From positions 1,950,001 to 1,982,000 of the forward strand of contig NC_020409.1 in NCBI RefSeq assembly GCF_000341895.1: a DNA stretch of 32,000 bases. The letters run 5' to 3'. Numbering within the stretch: position 1 is the first letter of the stretch; each line of letters begins with the position of its first letter. This document shows positions 1-8,334 of the stretch, in pieces. A model generated the notes under the pieces. The model made no database searches, was not told the origin of the DNA, and saw nothing but the letters and a program-made list of their open reading frames with translations. The position numbers were made by a program, and so were the translations under genes. This stretch comes from Pseudodesulfovibrio piezophilus C1TLV30 (lineage in GTDB: Bacteria; Desulfobacterota; Desulfovibrionia; Desulfovibrionales; Desulfovibrionaceae).

Positions 1-473
1 CGCTGGAAGGATTGACCCTGGCCCCTTATTACGGATGCATCATGAATCGCCCGCCCGAGGTCATGGATTTTGACGACTGCGAGAATCCCATCGCCATGGA
101 CCGGATCATGGAAGCCATCGGTGCGACAGTTGCGCCCTTCCCACTCAAGGTGGAGTGTTGTGGCGCGTCATTCGGTGTGGCCAGAAATGACATCGTCACC
201 CGACTTTCCGGCAAACTTCTTGATGCAGCAGAAGACTGTGGAGCCATTGCCATGGTCACGGCCTGTCCTCTGTGCCAGATGAATCTGGACATGCGTCAGG
301 ACCAGATCAACAGGGCCAACAACAGCAAACACGACATGCCCATCTTCTACTACACACAGCTCATCGGCATGGCGCTCGGCCACAGCGACGCCAGCCTAAT
401 GATGGACAAACTGTGTGTGGACCCTGGAAAGGCATTTCGCACAATGCGTGAAACCCAACAGGCCCAAGCCTAG
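1..473 (+). CDS. hdrB: Heterodisulfide reductase subunit B-like CCG-domain protein, 5'-truncated by the window edge
   Basis: The reading frame is open from position 3; the listed ORF 12..473 begins at an internal TTG. CCG-domain signatures are present: APYYGC, VECCGASFG, ACPLCQMNLD. hdrA follows 31 nt downstream with an AAGGAG RBS. Confidence 0.7.
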   Translation, partial: LEGLTLAPYYGCIMNRPPEVMDFDDCENPIAMDRIMEAIGATVAPFPLKVECCGASFGVARNDIVTRLSGKLLDAAEDCGAIAMVTACPLCQMNLDMRQDQINRANNSKHDMPIFYYTQLIGMALGHSDASLMMDKLCVDPGKAFRTMRETQQAQA

Positions 474-503
474 CCAGGCAGGATCCAAGGAGCGTCATTC
501 AAT

Positions 504-2483
504 ATGAAAATCGGAGTTTTCGTCTGCCACTGCGGCAGCAACATAGCCGGAACCGTCGATGTCGCCGAAGTGGCCAAACAGGCCCGCAAAATGCCCAATG
601 TGGCCTTTGCCAGCGACACTTTGTACGCGTGCTCGGAACCGGGCCAGGACGGCATCATCGACGCCATCAAGGAACATGGACTTGACGGCGTCGTGGTTGC
701 ATCCTGCACCCCGCGCATGCATGAACCGACCTTCCGCCGGACTGTGGAACGCGCCGGTCTCAACAAATACATGTTCGAGATGGCCAATATCCGCGAGCAT
801 GTCTCGTGGATCGGCAAAGATACGGAAGCCAATACAGCCAAGGCCATTGATCTGGTCTCCATGGCTGCGGCCAAGCTCGCCCATGACAAAGGGCTGACAC
901 CTAAGAAATTCGACATTAACAAACGCGTGCTCGTCATCGGCGGCGGCGTGGCCGGAATTCAGGCAGCCCTGGACTGCGCGGACGGTGGACTTGATGTCGT
1001 TCTCGTGGAAAAGACTTCATCCATCGGCGGCAAGATGTCGAAGCTGGATAAGACTTTCCCCACAGTGGACTGCTCAAGCTGTATCCTCGGCCCCAAGATG
1101 GTCGATGTGGCCCAGCACCCGAACATCACCCTTTATGCCAGTTCCGAAATCGCGGACATCAAAGGGTATGTGGGCAATTTCAATATCACCGTCAAGAAGA
1201 AAGCCACCTATGTGGACTGGGATGCCTGCACAGGCTGCGGTCTGTGTATGGAGAAATGTCCGAGCAAGAAAAGCAAGGACTATTTCAACGAGGAAATCGG
1301 CACCACCACGGCGATCAACATCCCGTTTCCCCAGGCCATTCCTAAAAAAGCGGTTATTGACGCTGATTTCTGCAAAAAATTGCAAAGTGGCAAATGCGGC
1401 GTCTGTGAAAAAGTCTGCCCCACCAAAGCTATCAGATTCGAACAGCAAGACGAGGCTGTGGAAGAAGCCGTTGGAGCGATTATCGTAGCCACAGGCTATG
1501 ACCTCTTTGATTTCACTCGTTACGGAGAATACGGGGGCGGTCGATACCCGGACGTCATCACCTCAATGCAATACGAACGACTGCTCTCGGCCTCCGGCCC
1601 CACCGGCGGACACGTCAAACGTCCGTCCGATGGCAAGGAGCCGGAGACCGTGGTCTTCATCCAATGCGTCGGTTCAAGAGACAAATCCATTGGCAGGCCA
1701 TACTGCTCAGGCTTCTGTTGCATGTACACGGCTAAGCAGGCTATTCTGACCAAGGATCACATGCCGGATTCACAATCCTATGTCTTCTATATGGATATCC
1801 GCGCACCAGGAAAGCTGTACGACGAATTCACCCGTCGAGCCATGGAAGAATACGACACCAAGTACATTCGTGGCCGCGTCGCCATGATTTATCCCAAAGG
1901 TGACAAATATGTTGTCCGTGGAGCGGATACACTGCTTGGCAGCCAGGTTGAGATCGAAGCAGACCTCGTTGTCCTCGCGGTCGGAGCCGAAGCAGCCCAC
2001 GGAGCGCCACAACTCGCGGAAAAGCTGCGTATTTCCTATGACAGCTACGGTTTTTACATGGAAAGCCATATCAAACTCAGGCCGGTGGAAACCAACACCG
2101 CCGGAGTCTATCTCGCCGGGTCCTGCCAGGGTCCCAAGGACATCCCGTCTTCGGTCAGCCAAGGCAGTGCTGCCGCAGCCAAGGTTCTCGCGATGTTTTC
2201 CCAGGATCAACTTGAAAGCGACCCGCAGATATCCTCTGTGGACATCAAACGATGCATCGGTTGCGGCAAATGCATAGCGACCTGTCCCTTCGGTGCAATC
2301 GAAGAAATGGACTTCCGCGGCATGCCCAAGGCCAATGTCATTGAGACTATCTGTCAGGGATGCGGCATCTGCACATCCACCTGCCCGCAGGGGGCCATTC
2401 AATTGCAACACTTCACCGACAACCAGATTCTCGCGGAGGTCAATGTCTTATGTCAGCAGTCGCCAGTCCGGAACTACGAATAG
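504..2483 (+). CDS. hdrA: Heterodisulfide reductase subunit A-like FAD / multi-[4Fe-4S] flavoprotein
   Basis: 659 aa. The N-terminus MKIGVFVCHCGSNIAG is typical of HdrA. FAD fold VLVIGGGVAGIQAAL. Ferredoxin motifs CTGCGLCMEKCP, CIGCGKCIATCP and CQGCGICTSTCP. RBS AAGGAG precedes the ATG. Confidence 0.85.
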   Translation: MKIGVFVCHCGSNIAGTVDVAEVAKQARKMPNVAFASDTLYACSEPGQDGIIDAIKEHGLDGVVVASCTPRMHEPTFRRTVERAGLNKYMFEMANIREHVSWIGKDTEANTAKAIDLVSMAAAKLAHDKGLTPKKFDINKRVLVIGGGVAGIQAALDCADGGLDVVLVEKTSSIGGKMSKLDKTFPTVDCSSCILGPKMVDVAQHPNITLYASSEIADIKGYVGNFNITVKKKATYVDWDACTGCGLCMEKCPSKKSKDYFNEEIGTTTAINIPFPQAIPKKAVIDADFCKKLQSGKCGVCEKVCPTKAIRFEQQDEAVEEAVGAIIVATGYDLFDFTRYGEYGGGRYPDVITSMQYERLLSASGPTGGHVKRPSDGKEPETVVFIQCVGSRDKSIGRPYCSGFCCMYTAKQAILTKDHMPDSQSYVFYMDIRAPGKLYDEFTRRAMEEYDTKYIRGRVAMIYPKGDKYVVRGADTLLGSQVEIEADLVVLAVGAEAAHGAPQLAEKLRISYDSYGFYMESHIKLRPVETNTAGVYLAGSCQGPKDIPSSVSQGSAAAAKVLAMFSQDQLESDPQISSVDIKRCIGCGKCIATCPFGAIEEMDFRGMPKANVIETICQGCGICTSTCPQGAIQLQHFTDNQILAEVNVLCQQSPVRNYE

Positions 2484-2911
2484 TCGGCTTTCTCTGTAAC
2501 TGGTGTTCCTACGGCGGCGCGGACACTGCCGGCGTCGGACGATTCCAGCAACCCACGGACCTTCGTATCATTCGCGTCCCCTGTTCCGGACGCATTGATC
2601 CGCTGTTCGTGCTCAAGAGCCTGGTCAACGGCGCGGATGGAGTCCTGGTCTCCGGATGCCATCCCCGTGATTGTCACTATTCAGAAGGCAATTACTACGC
2701 CCGCAGACGCCTGGAAGTGCTCAAGCAATTCCTGCCGATCCTCGGTATTGACGAGCGCCGGTTCGAATACACATGGGTTTCCGCCTCCGAAGGGCAGAAA
2801 TGGAAAACTGTGGTCCAGACGTTCACCGAACGCATCCACGAGCTGGGGCCTGCGCCCAAGCTGGACCCTGAGCTTCTGGCTCGGGCCGATGCCATGGCCG
2901 CTGCCGTTTAA
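2450..2911 (+). CDS. flxD: MvhD/FlxD-like protein (methyl-viologen-reducing hydrogenase delta subunit family)
   Basis: The start is taken at the internal ATG 2450 (MSAVASPELRIVGFLCNWCSYGGADTAG), which is the typical MvhD N-terminus. It overlaps the hdrA 3' end by 34 nt. The longer ORF from 2360 would lie inside hdrA. Confidence 0.75.
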   Translation: MSAVASPELRIVGFLCNWCSYGGADTAGVGRFQQPTDLRIIRVPCSGRIDPLFVLKSLVNGADGVLVSGCHPRDCHYSEGNYYARRRLEVLKQFLPILGIDERRFEYTWVSASEGQKWKTVVQTFTERIHELGPAPKLDPELLARADAMAAAV

Positions 2912-2935
2912 ACGACCTCACCAACGGAGAATACA

Positions 2936-3889
2936 ATGTCGAATCTGGAGCAACTGAAAACCAAAATAAAAGAGAAACTCCCGGACCTGGACATGGTCAT
3001 CGGCTGGGAGCAGGGGTTTGACCCCCTGCGCACCAACCCCCTGTTCATGCGTACCGAGGAGGATGTCGATAAGATGATGTGGGGTCCCCTGTGCGTTCAC
3101 AACCTTGCCACCTACCTGCCAGGACTCAAAGGCAAAAAGGTTGGTATTGTGGTCAAAGGATGCGACAGCCGCTCCATCATCGAACTTTTGCAGGAAAAAC
3201 TGATCAATCGTGATGATGTCACCATCTTCACCATTCCGTGTGAAGGGGTTATCTCCATCCGCAAGATACAGCGAATAGTCGGTACACTCGACTATGTGGA
3301 AGCCGTGGAAACAGGCGAAGAAGCCCTGCGAATTACAGTGGATGGGCAGGCGCACAAACTCTGGCTCAAGGATATATCCGCCTCGAAATGTGAACGGTGT
3401 CAACACCACAACGCTCTGGTCAGTGACGTTTTCATCGGCGATCCCATCGAGGAATCCGCTGAGGACGACTATTCGGACGTGACAGAATTCGAAGCCCAGT
3501 CCAACGAGGAAAAGCTCGCATTCTGGTTCAAGGAAATGGATCGTTGCGTACGGTGTTACGCCTGTCGCAACGCCTGTCCCATGTGCGTATGCCGGGATCA
3601 TTGTGTGGCCCAAAGCCGTGATCCCCACTGGATTACCCAGGAAGATACCGTTCAGAACAAATGGTTCTTCCAGATGATCCACGCCATGCACCTTGCCGGT
3701 CGGTGTACCGAATGTGGAGAATGCGAGCGAGCATGTCCGGTGGGCATCCCCCTGCTGCTGCTCAAACGCAAACTGAACAAGGAAATCAATACCCTGTTCG
3801 ACTACAAGGCCGGAACCATCATTGAAGCGACCCCGCCCTTACAGGCCTTCAAGGTGGAAGAAGACAACATCAATGAGAGGGGATGGTAA
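2936..3889 (+). CDS. flxC: Iron-sulfur protein of the Flx module (FlxC-like, two ferredoxin-type clusters)
   Basis: 317 aa. Motifs CVRCYACRNACP and CTECGECERACP are both CxxCxxCxxxCP. RBS GGAGA upstream. Position directly after mvhD/flxD. Confidence 0.55.
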   Translation: MSNLEQLKTKIKEKLPDLDMVIGWEQGFDPLRTNPLFMRTEEDVDKMMWGPLCVHNLATYLPGLKGKKVGIVVKGCDSRSIIELLQEKLINRDDVTIFTIPCEGVISIRKIQRIVGTLDYVEAVETGEEALRITVDGQAHKLWLKDISASKCERCQHHNALVSDVFIGDPIEESAEDDYSDVTEFEAQSNEEKLAFWFKEMDRCVRCYACRNACPMCVCRDHCVAQSRDPHWITQEDTVQNKWFFQMIHAMHLAGRCTECGECERACPVGIPLLLLKRKLNKEINTLFDYKAGTIIEATPPLQAFKVEEDNINERGW

Positions 3890-4944
3890 TGGCAGCCAAA
3901 TTCTTACCACAAGATCAACTTGTTCCCTGGCTGGCGGAGCTGTCCGAAACCTATCGGACCCTTGTTCCCAGGCAGGAAGGCGATGCGGTCGTCTACCGTC
4001 CATTCAGCGAAGAACAGGCCCCGGAACTGCGCTTGCGCCCGACAGTCTCGGCCAAGAGTGCGGTCTTTCCTCAATGTGAAGCCTTGATGACCTTCAAATA
4101 CGAGAAGGACGAACAGGATCTGGGCAGAGTTCGCCTGAATATCGAAGAAAAGAAACATGCTGCTCCGACTCTTGTCGTGGGCGGCAGAGGATGTGATGCA
4201 GCCGGTTTCAACACTTTTGATCGGGTGTATATCACTGACAAAGTCACGGACCAGAACTATCTGAACCGCCGAGAGCAGACTTTGTTCATCAGCCTTGTGT
4301 GCGACAGGCCCGCCACCACATGCTTTTGCAATTGGGTGGGCGGCGGGCCTGCCGATACGAAAGGTTCTGACGTCCAGATGACCGCTCTGCCGGACGGTTG
4401 GCTTTTGGAATCGGTGACCGAAAAAGGCGAAACCCTGCTGAACAGCTCCCTGCTGACAAACGGAGAAAGCCGGATTGAAGAAGCCCGAGGCATCAAATCC
4501 ATGGCCGAAGACCGCATGGAAGAGGCCCCGGATATCTCAACCGCACCGGAACACCTGCTCGCACTGTTCGACAATGCCGAATTCTGGGAAGAGGTTTCCG
4601 ATCGCTGCATCAGTTGCGGCACCTGTACGTATCTCTGTCCCACGTGCTACTGTTTTAACATCACAGATGAAAAATTCGGTATGGAAGGAGTCCGACTTCG
4701 GACCTGGGACAACTGCATGTCCAATCTCTTCACCATGGAGGCCAGCGGACACAACCCACGGCCCACTAAAGCGCATCGCTTGAAAAACCGCGTCGGGCAC
4801 AAGTTCAGCTACTATCCGTCCATCCATGGCGGAAACATGGCCTGCTCAGGCTGTGGCCGTTGCATCAAGAGCTGCCCCGTGTCGGTCGATATTCGCGCCA
4901 TCGTCAAAAAAGCCATTGCCGCACCGACGGCAGCGGAGGAATAA
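3883..4944 (+). CDS. flxB: Iron-sulfur protein of the Flx module (FlxB-like; sulfhydrogenase beta / AsrA-like)
   Basis: 353 aa. Motifs CISCGTCTYLCP and CSGCGRCIKSCP. The start overlaps the flxC stop (ATGGTAATG; an alternative start is at 3889). Confidence 0.55.
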   Translation: MVMAAKFLPQDQLVPWLAELSETYRTLVPRQEGDAVVYRPFSEEQAPELRLRPTVSAKSAVFPQCEALMTFKYEKDEQDLGRVRLNIEEKKHAAPTLVVGGRGCDAAGFNTFDRVYITDKVTDQNYLNRREQTLFISLVCDRPATTCFCNWVGGGPADTKGSDVQMTALPDGWLLESVTEKGETLLNSSLLTNGESRIEEARGIKSMAEDRMEEAPDISTAPEHLLALFDNAEFWEEVSDRCISCGTCTYLCPTCYCFNITDEKFGMEGVRLRTWDNCMSNLFTMEASGHNPRPTKAHRLKNRVGHKFSYYPSIHGGNMACSGCGRCIKSCPVSVDIRAIVKKAIAAPTAAEE

Positions 4945-4947
4945 ATC

Positions 4948-5802
4948 GTGTTGCAAGAGTCCAACAACAAAGAAACGGCCAATCCCTATCTTCCGGCCGT
5001 GGGCACGATCATCGAGACCATTCAGGAAACGCCGAATATCATGACGTTCCGGGTCGTGCTCAACAGCGAAGAAGAGATGAAAAACTTCACCTTCCATCCC
5101 GGCCAGGTTGGCCAGCTCTCGGTGTTCGGCACCGGAGAGTCCACCTTTGTCATCAATTCACCGCCCACACGCATGGATTATCTCCAGTTCAGCGTCATGG
5201 TTTCGGGCGAAGTGACGGCAAAACTGCATACCTTATCCGCTGGTGATCAGATCGGCGTTCGCGCCCCCTTGGGCAACTGGTTTCCCTATGAAGATCTCAA
5301 GGGCAAGGATATCGTGTTTGTCGGTGGAGGCATCGGCATGGCTCCCCTGCGCACCCTGCTGCTGTACATGCTCGACAACAGGGCCGACTACGGGAAAATA
5401 TCGCTTCTGTATGGAGCACGATCCCCGGTAGACATGGCTTTCAAGTATGAATTGCCGGACTGGCTGGAACGTGACGACCTCGACACAACTCTGACCATTG
5501 ACGCAGAGTACGAGGGATGGGAACACTCTGTGGGATTGATCCCCAATGTTCTCCTCGACATGGCCCCGTCCAACGAAAACTGCGTGGCCATCACCTGCGG
5601 TCCGCCGATCATGATCAAGTTTACCCTGCAAGCCCTGCAAAAACTCGGCTTTAAGGATGACCAGATCCTGACCACGCTCGAAAAACGCATGAAATGCGGC
5701 GTTGGCATCTGTGGTCGCTGTAATATAGGGTCTAAATACGTCTGCATGGACGGACCTGTTTTCAGCTACGCACAGCTCAAGGAATTGCCCAACGAGCTTT
5801 AG
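4948..5802 (+). CDS. flxA: FAD/NAD(P)-binding oxidoreductase with C-terminal [2Fe-2S] (FlxA-like; HydG/AsrB/PyrK family)
   Basis: 284 aa, GTG start 3 nt after the flxB stop. Motifs include the NAD fold FVGGGIGMAPL and the C-terminal KCGVGICGRCN cluster typical of this family. Confidence 0.65.
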   Translation: MLQESNNKETANPYLPAVGTIIETIQETPNIMTFRVVLNSEEEMKNFTFHPGQVGQLSVFGTGESTFVINSPPTRMDYLQFSVMVSGEVTAKLHTLSAGDQIGVRAPLGNWFPYEDLKGKDIVFVGGGIGMAPLRTLLLYMLDNRADYGKISLLYGARSPVDMAFKYELPDWLERDDLDTTLTIDAEYEGWEHSVGLIPNVLLDMAPSNENCVAITCGPPIMIKFTLQALQKLGFKDDQILTTLEKRMKCGVGICGRCNIGSKYVCMDGPVFSYAQLKELPNEL

Positions 5803-5816
5803 AAAACTGTGTGCTT

Positions 5817-5856
5817 CAGGGACGAAGCCGGGCCGGAACAGCTCGCTTCGTCCCTG
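5817..5856 (+). terminator. Perfect 12-bp stem-loop after flxA with no U-tract (terminator, mRNA stabiliser or processing site)
   Basis: CAGGGACGAAGC (5817-5828) and GCTTCGTCCCTG (5845-5856) are exact reverse complements. The loop is 16 nt. The stem is followed by TCGCCATTAC, with no T-run. Confidence 0.35.
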
Positions 5857-5894
5857 TCGCCATTACATGGATTCAAACCATATCAGGAGATGTC

Positions 5895-6374
5895 ATGGCA
5901 TATTTTTTTCACGCCAACGAAATCGCCAAATCAGCAGTGGAAATAGAGAGAAAAGGGCGCGCTTTCTATATGCGACTGGTCAGTTCGGCCCAGAACGAAA
6001 AAACGGCTGAGCTTTTCAAATACCTGGCAGATGAAGAGGCTAAGCACGAACAGATTTTCCAGGGCCTGATGGATCGTCTTGGCACCATAGAGCTGCCAGC
6101 CTGGGCATCGCAGGAAGAGTATTCCGTCTATCTGGAATCCCTCATAGAAGGCCACGCCCTGTTCTCCGACGAACGCATGGAAAAAGGCATGGCCGCTCTC
6201 CAGGATGAGAAGGATGCCATCAGAATGGCCATGGGATTCGAGAAGGATACCCTGCTCTTTTTCTCTGAGATGGAGAATCTCGTCCCCGAATCCGAGAGAG
6301 ACGCCGTACGAGCCTGCAAGGATGAGGAACGGCAGCACCTGGGCCGTCTTCAAAAAATGCTCAACGACCTGTAG
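5895..6374 (+). CDS. Ferritin-like / rubrerythrin-family diiron four-helix-bundle protein (no rubredoxin domain)
   Basis: Start taken at ATG 5895 (MAYFFHANEIAK), preceded by AGGAGA at 5885-5890. Two ExxH-type motifs are present: ADEEAKHEQI and KDEERQHLGRL. The longer ORF from 5811 lacks an RBS. Confidence 0.6.
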   Translation: MAYFFHANEIAKSAVEIERKGRAFYMRLVSSAQNEKTAELFKYLADEEAKHEQIFQGLMDRLGTIELPAWASQEEYSVYLESLIEGHALFSDERMEKGMAALQDEKDAIRMAMGFEKDTLLFFSEMENLVPESERDAVRACKDEERQHLGRLQKMLNDL

Positions 6375-6383
6375 GAGTGAAAA

Positions 6384-6427
6384 GAGCGATACCGAACTTG
6401 AATCCGGCATCGCTCATTCGCCGTTTT
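6384..6427 (+). terminator. Candidate rho-independent terminator after the ferritin-like gene
   Basis: GAGCGAT(A)CCG ... CGG(C)ATCGCTC stem with 7+3 bp and one mismatch, at 6384-6415. It is followed by ATTCGCCGTTTTCCC. Confidence 0.35.
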
Positions 6428-6484
6428 CCCTCGCAGTATTGAGGGCTGGAGTACCTCAAAGGCGGAAGCGGCAAGGAGATCGGG

Positions 6485-8227
6485 ATGGACACAATCATAC
6501 GCATCAATGTCGGAGCCTCCGGCGGTCCCAAGGCTGATAAGGAGCCTATTGGGAAGTATGTCGGCTTTGGCGGTCGAGCCATGACCGCAGCCATGGTGCA
6601 TGATGAGGTCCCTCCCCAATGCCATCCCCTGGGACCGGAAAACAAATTGATCATTGCACCGGGGTTGCTGACCGGCTCTGCGGCCAGCACCTCCGGTCGT
6701 CTTTCCGTAGGCTGTAAAAGCCCCCTGACAGGCGGTATCAAGGAATCCAATGTGGGAGGCATGGCCGGACAATATCTCGGCCATCTCGGTATCGCCGCCA
6801 TCGTGCTCGAAGGCAATCCTTCCTCGGAAACACTCTACAAAGTCATTATCACACGGGAAGGAGTGAGTATAGAACCGGATGACGACCTGCGCATGCTCAC
6901 CAATTATGAACTCTGTGCGCGATTGAAGAAAATCCACGGCAGCACTGTTGCTGTCATCTCCATCGGGCCTGCCGGAGAGATGGGCCTGTCCAACTCCTCC
7001 GTCGCCGTAACGGATGCCCACTTCCGCCCGACCCGTCAGGCACGGCGAGGCGGTGTCGGCGCAGTCATGGGAGCCAAGCACATCAAGTGCATCGTTATCG
7101 ACCCCGCCGGGACGACCATCCGGGAACCGGCCGACCCGGAGCGGTTCGAAACTGCCAATCGAAAATTCATCGACGGTTTGCACCGTCATCATATCACCGG
7201 CCACGACCTGCCTCAACACGGAACCAATGTTCTCACCAATCTGATCGATGGCGCAGGCAGCTACCCTGCTCTCAACTTTCGGCATGGCCGGTTCGACGGC
7301 ACCCCATCCATTGATGGATACGCCATGGAATTGCTCGCTGACGCACGCTCGGAAAGCACGACCTGTTCCGATTCCTGTTTCAAGGGATGCAGCATCCAAT
7401 GTTCAGCCCAGTATCTGGACAAGGACGGTAATTTCCTGAGTAAAAGACCGAGCTATCAAACCATCTGGGCACATGGAGCCAACTGCGGCATAGACGACCT
7501 TGATGTCATCGCCCGACTGGACTTCATGGATGATGATTTCGGATTCGACAGCATTGAAATGGGTGTCGCCATCGGATTGGCCATGGACGCCGGGGTCATT
7601 GAATTCGGTGATGCCGAGGGAGCCATTCGATTGCTGAAGGAAGCAGGACGGGGAACACCCATGGGCCGAATTCTTGGCAGTGGCGCGGCCACTGTTGCAC
7701 GGTGCTTCGGGCTGGAGCGTGCTCCGGTTGTCAAAGGACAAGCCATGCCTGCCTATGATCCCCGATCGGTCAAGGGGATCGGCGTTACCTATGCCACCTC
7801 TCCCCAAGGTGCTGATCATACCGCAGGTTATGCCGTGGCTCCCAATATTCTCAAGGTCGGCAGAGACATCGATCCGTTGGGTATCGAAGGACAAATCGAT
7901 ATCTCCCGCAACCTCCAGATCGCCACTGCGGCCCTTGATGCAACCGGATATTGTCTTTTCGTGAGTTTTGCCATCCTTGACCAACCGGATACCTTTGACG
8001 CCATGCTGGCAACCATCAATGGCATGTTCGACCTCAAGCTGACCGGCCGGGATATCGTCGAACTGGGCAAGCTTGTCCTGCGCATGGAGCGCGCCTTCAA
8101 CGAGAAGGCCGGTTTCACCAAATTCCACGACAGACTGCCGATGTATTTTTCCCGTGAACCCCTTGGGCCGCACAACACGACCTTTGATATTCCGGACAAG
8201 GATCTGGATCTGGTTCACCAGTATTGA
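6485..8227 (+). CDS. aor: Aldehyde:ferredoxin oxidoreductase family (tungstopterin-type AOR)
   Basis: 580 aa. The N-terminal domain pattern GGRAMTAAMV...PLGPENKLIIAPGLLTG...SGRLSVGCKSPLTGGIKESNVGG is characteristic of the AOR family. RBS AAGGAGA upstream. Confidence 0.85.
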   Translation: MDTIIRINVGASGGPKADKEPIGKYVGFGGRAMTAAMVHDEVPPQCHPLGPENKLIIAPGLLTGSAASTSGRLSVGCKSPLTGGIKESNVGGMAGQYLGHLGIAAIVLEGNPSSETLYKVIITREGVSIEPDDDLRMLTNYELCARLKKIHGSTVAVISIGPAGEMGLSNSSVAVTDAHFRPTRQARRGGVGAVMGAKHIKCIVIDPAGTTIREPADPERFETANRKFIDGLHRHHITGHDLPQHGTNVLTNLIDGAGSYPALNFRHGRFDGTPSIDGYAMELLADARSESTTCSDSCFKGCSIQCSAQYLDKDGNFLSKRPSYQTIWAHGANCGIDDLDVIARLDFMDDDFGFDSIEMGVAIGLAMDAGVIEFGDAEGAIRLLKEAGRGTPMGRILGSGAATVARCFGLERAPVVKGQAMPAYDPRSVKGIGVTYATSPQGADHTAGYAVAPNILKVGRDIDPLGIEGQIDISRNLQIATAALDATGYCLFVSFAILDQPDTFDAMLATINGMFDLKLTGRDIVELGKLVLRMERAFNEKAGFTKFHDRLPMYFSREPLGPHNTTFDIPDKDLDLVHQY

Positions 8228-8334
8228 CAACAACCATCCTCGACCCAGGAGGGGTGCTCTCTTTCGGGGGCCCCCTCCACGTTCGAGGGAAAACCGGACG
8301 ATGTCGCCCGGCGAAAACACCCAACGGAGGGGTC

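Noticed and set aside
504-2911. Selenocysteine recoding in hdrA or mvhD, as seen in some anaerobes.
   Set aside because: Both frames are uninterrupted, with no in-frame TGA and no need for a SECIS element.
5811-5894. Longer N-terminal extensions offered by the ORF track. Examples: 5811 for the ferritin-like gene, 2360 for mvhD, 10709 for the glutaredoxin-like gene, 12916 for the NTP transferase, 17823 for the zinc-ribbon protein, 22899 for mop, 28802 for degP and 30490 for the binding protein.
   Set aside because: The extensions overlap upstream genes, lack an RBS and add residues not typical of the family. Internal ATGs with Shine-Dalgarno sequences or ATGA coupling give the canonical N-termini.
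6350-7399. Long antisense or alternative-frame ORFs throughout the window. Examples: 6350..7399(-), 7403..8320(-), 13627..14817(+), 16652..17806(+), 18636..20117(+), 21247..22701(+), 23374..24306(+), 27984..28757(+), 30563..31399(-).
   Set aside because: Each lies opposite to, or out of frame with, a gene that has clear family motifs. Their translations are low-complexity, rich in R, P, G, S and H, with no recognisable motifs or RBS. These are typical shadow ORFs of GC-rich DNA.
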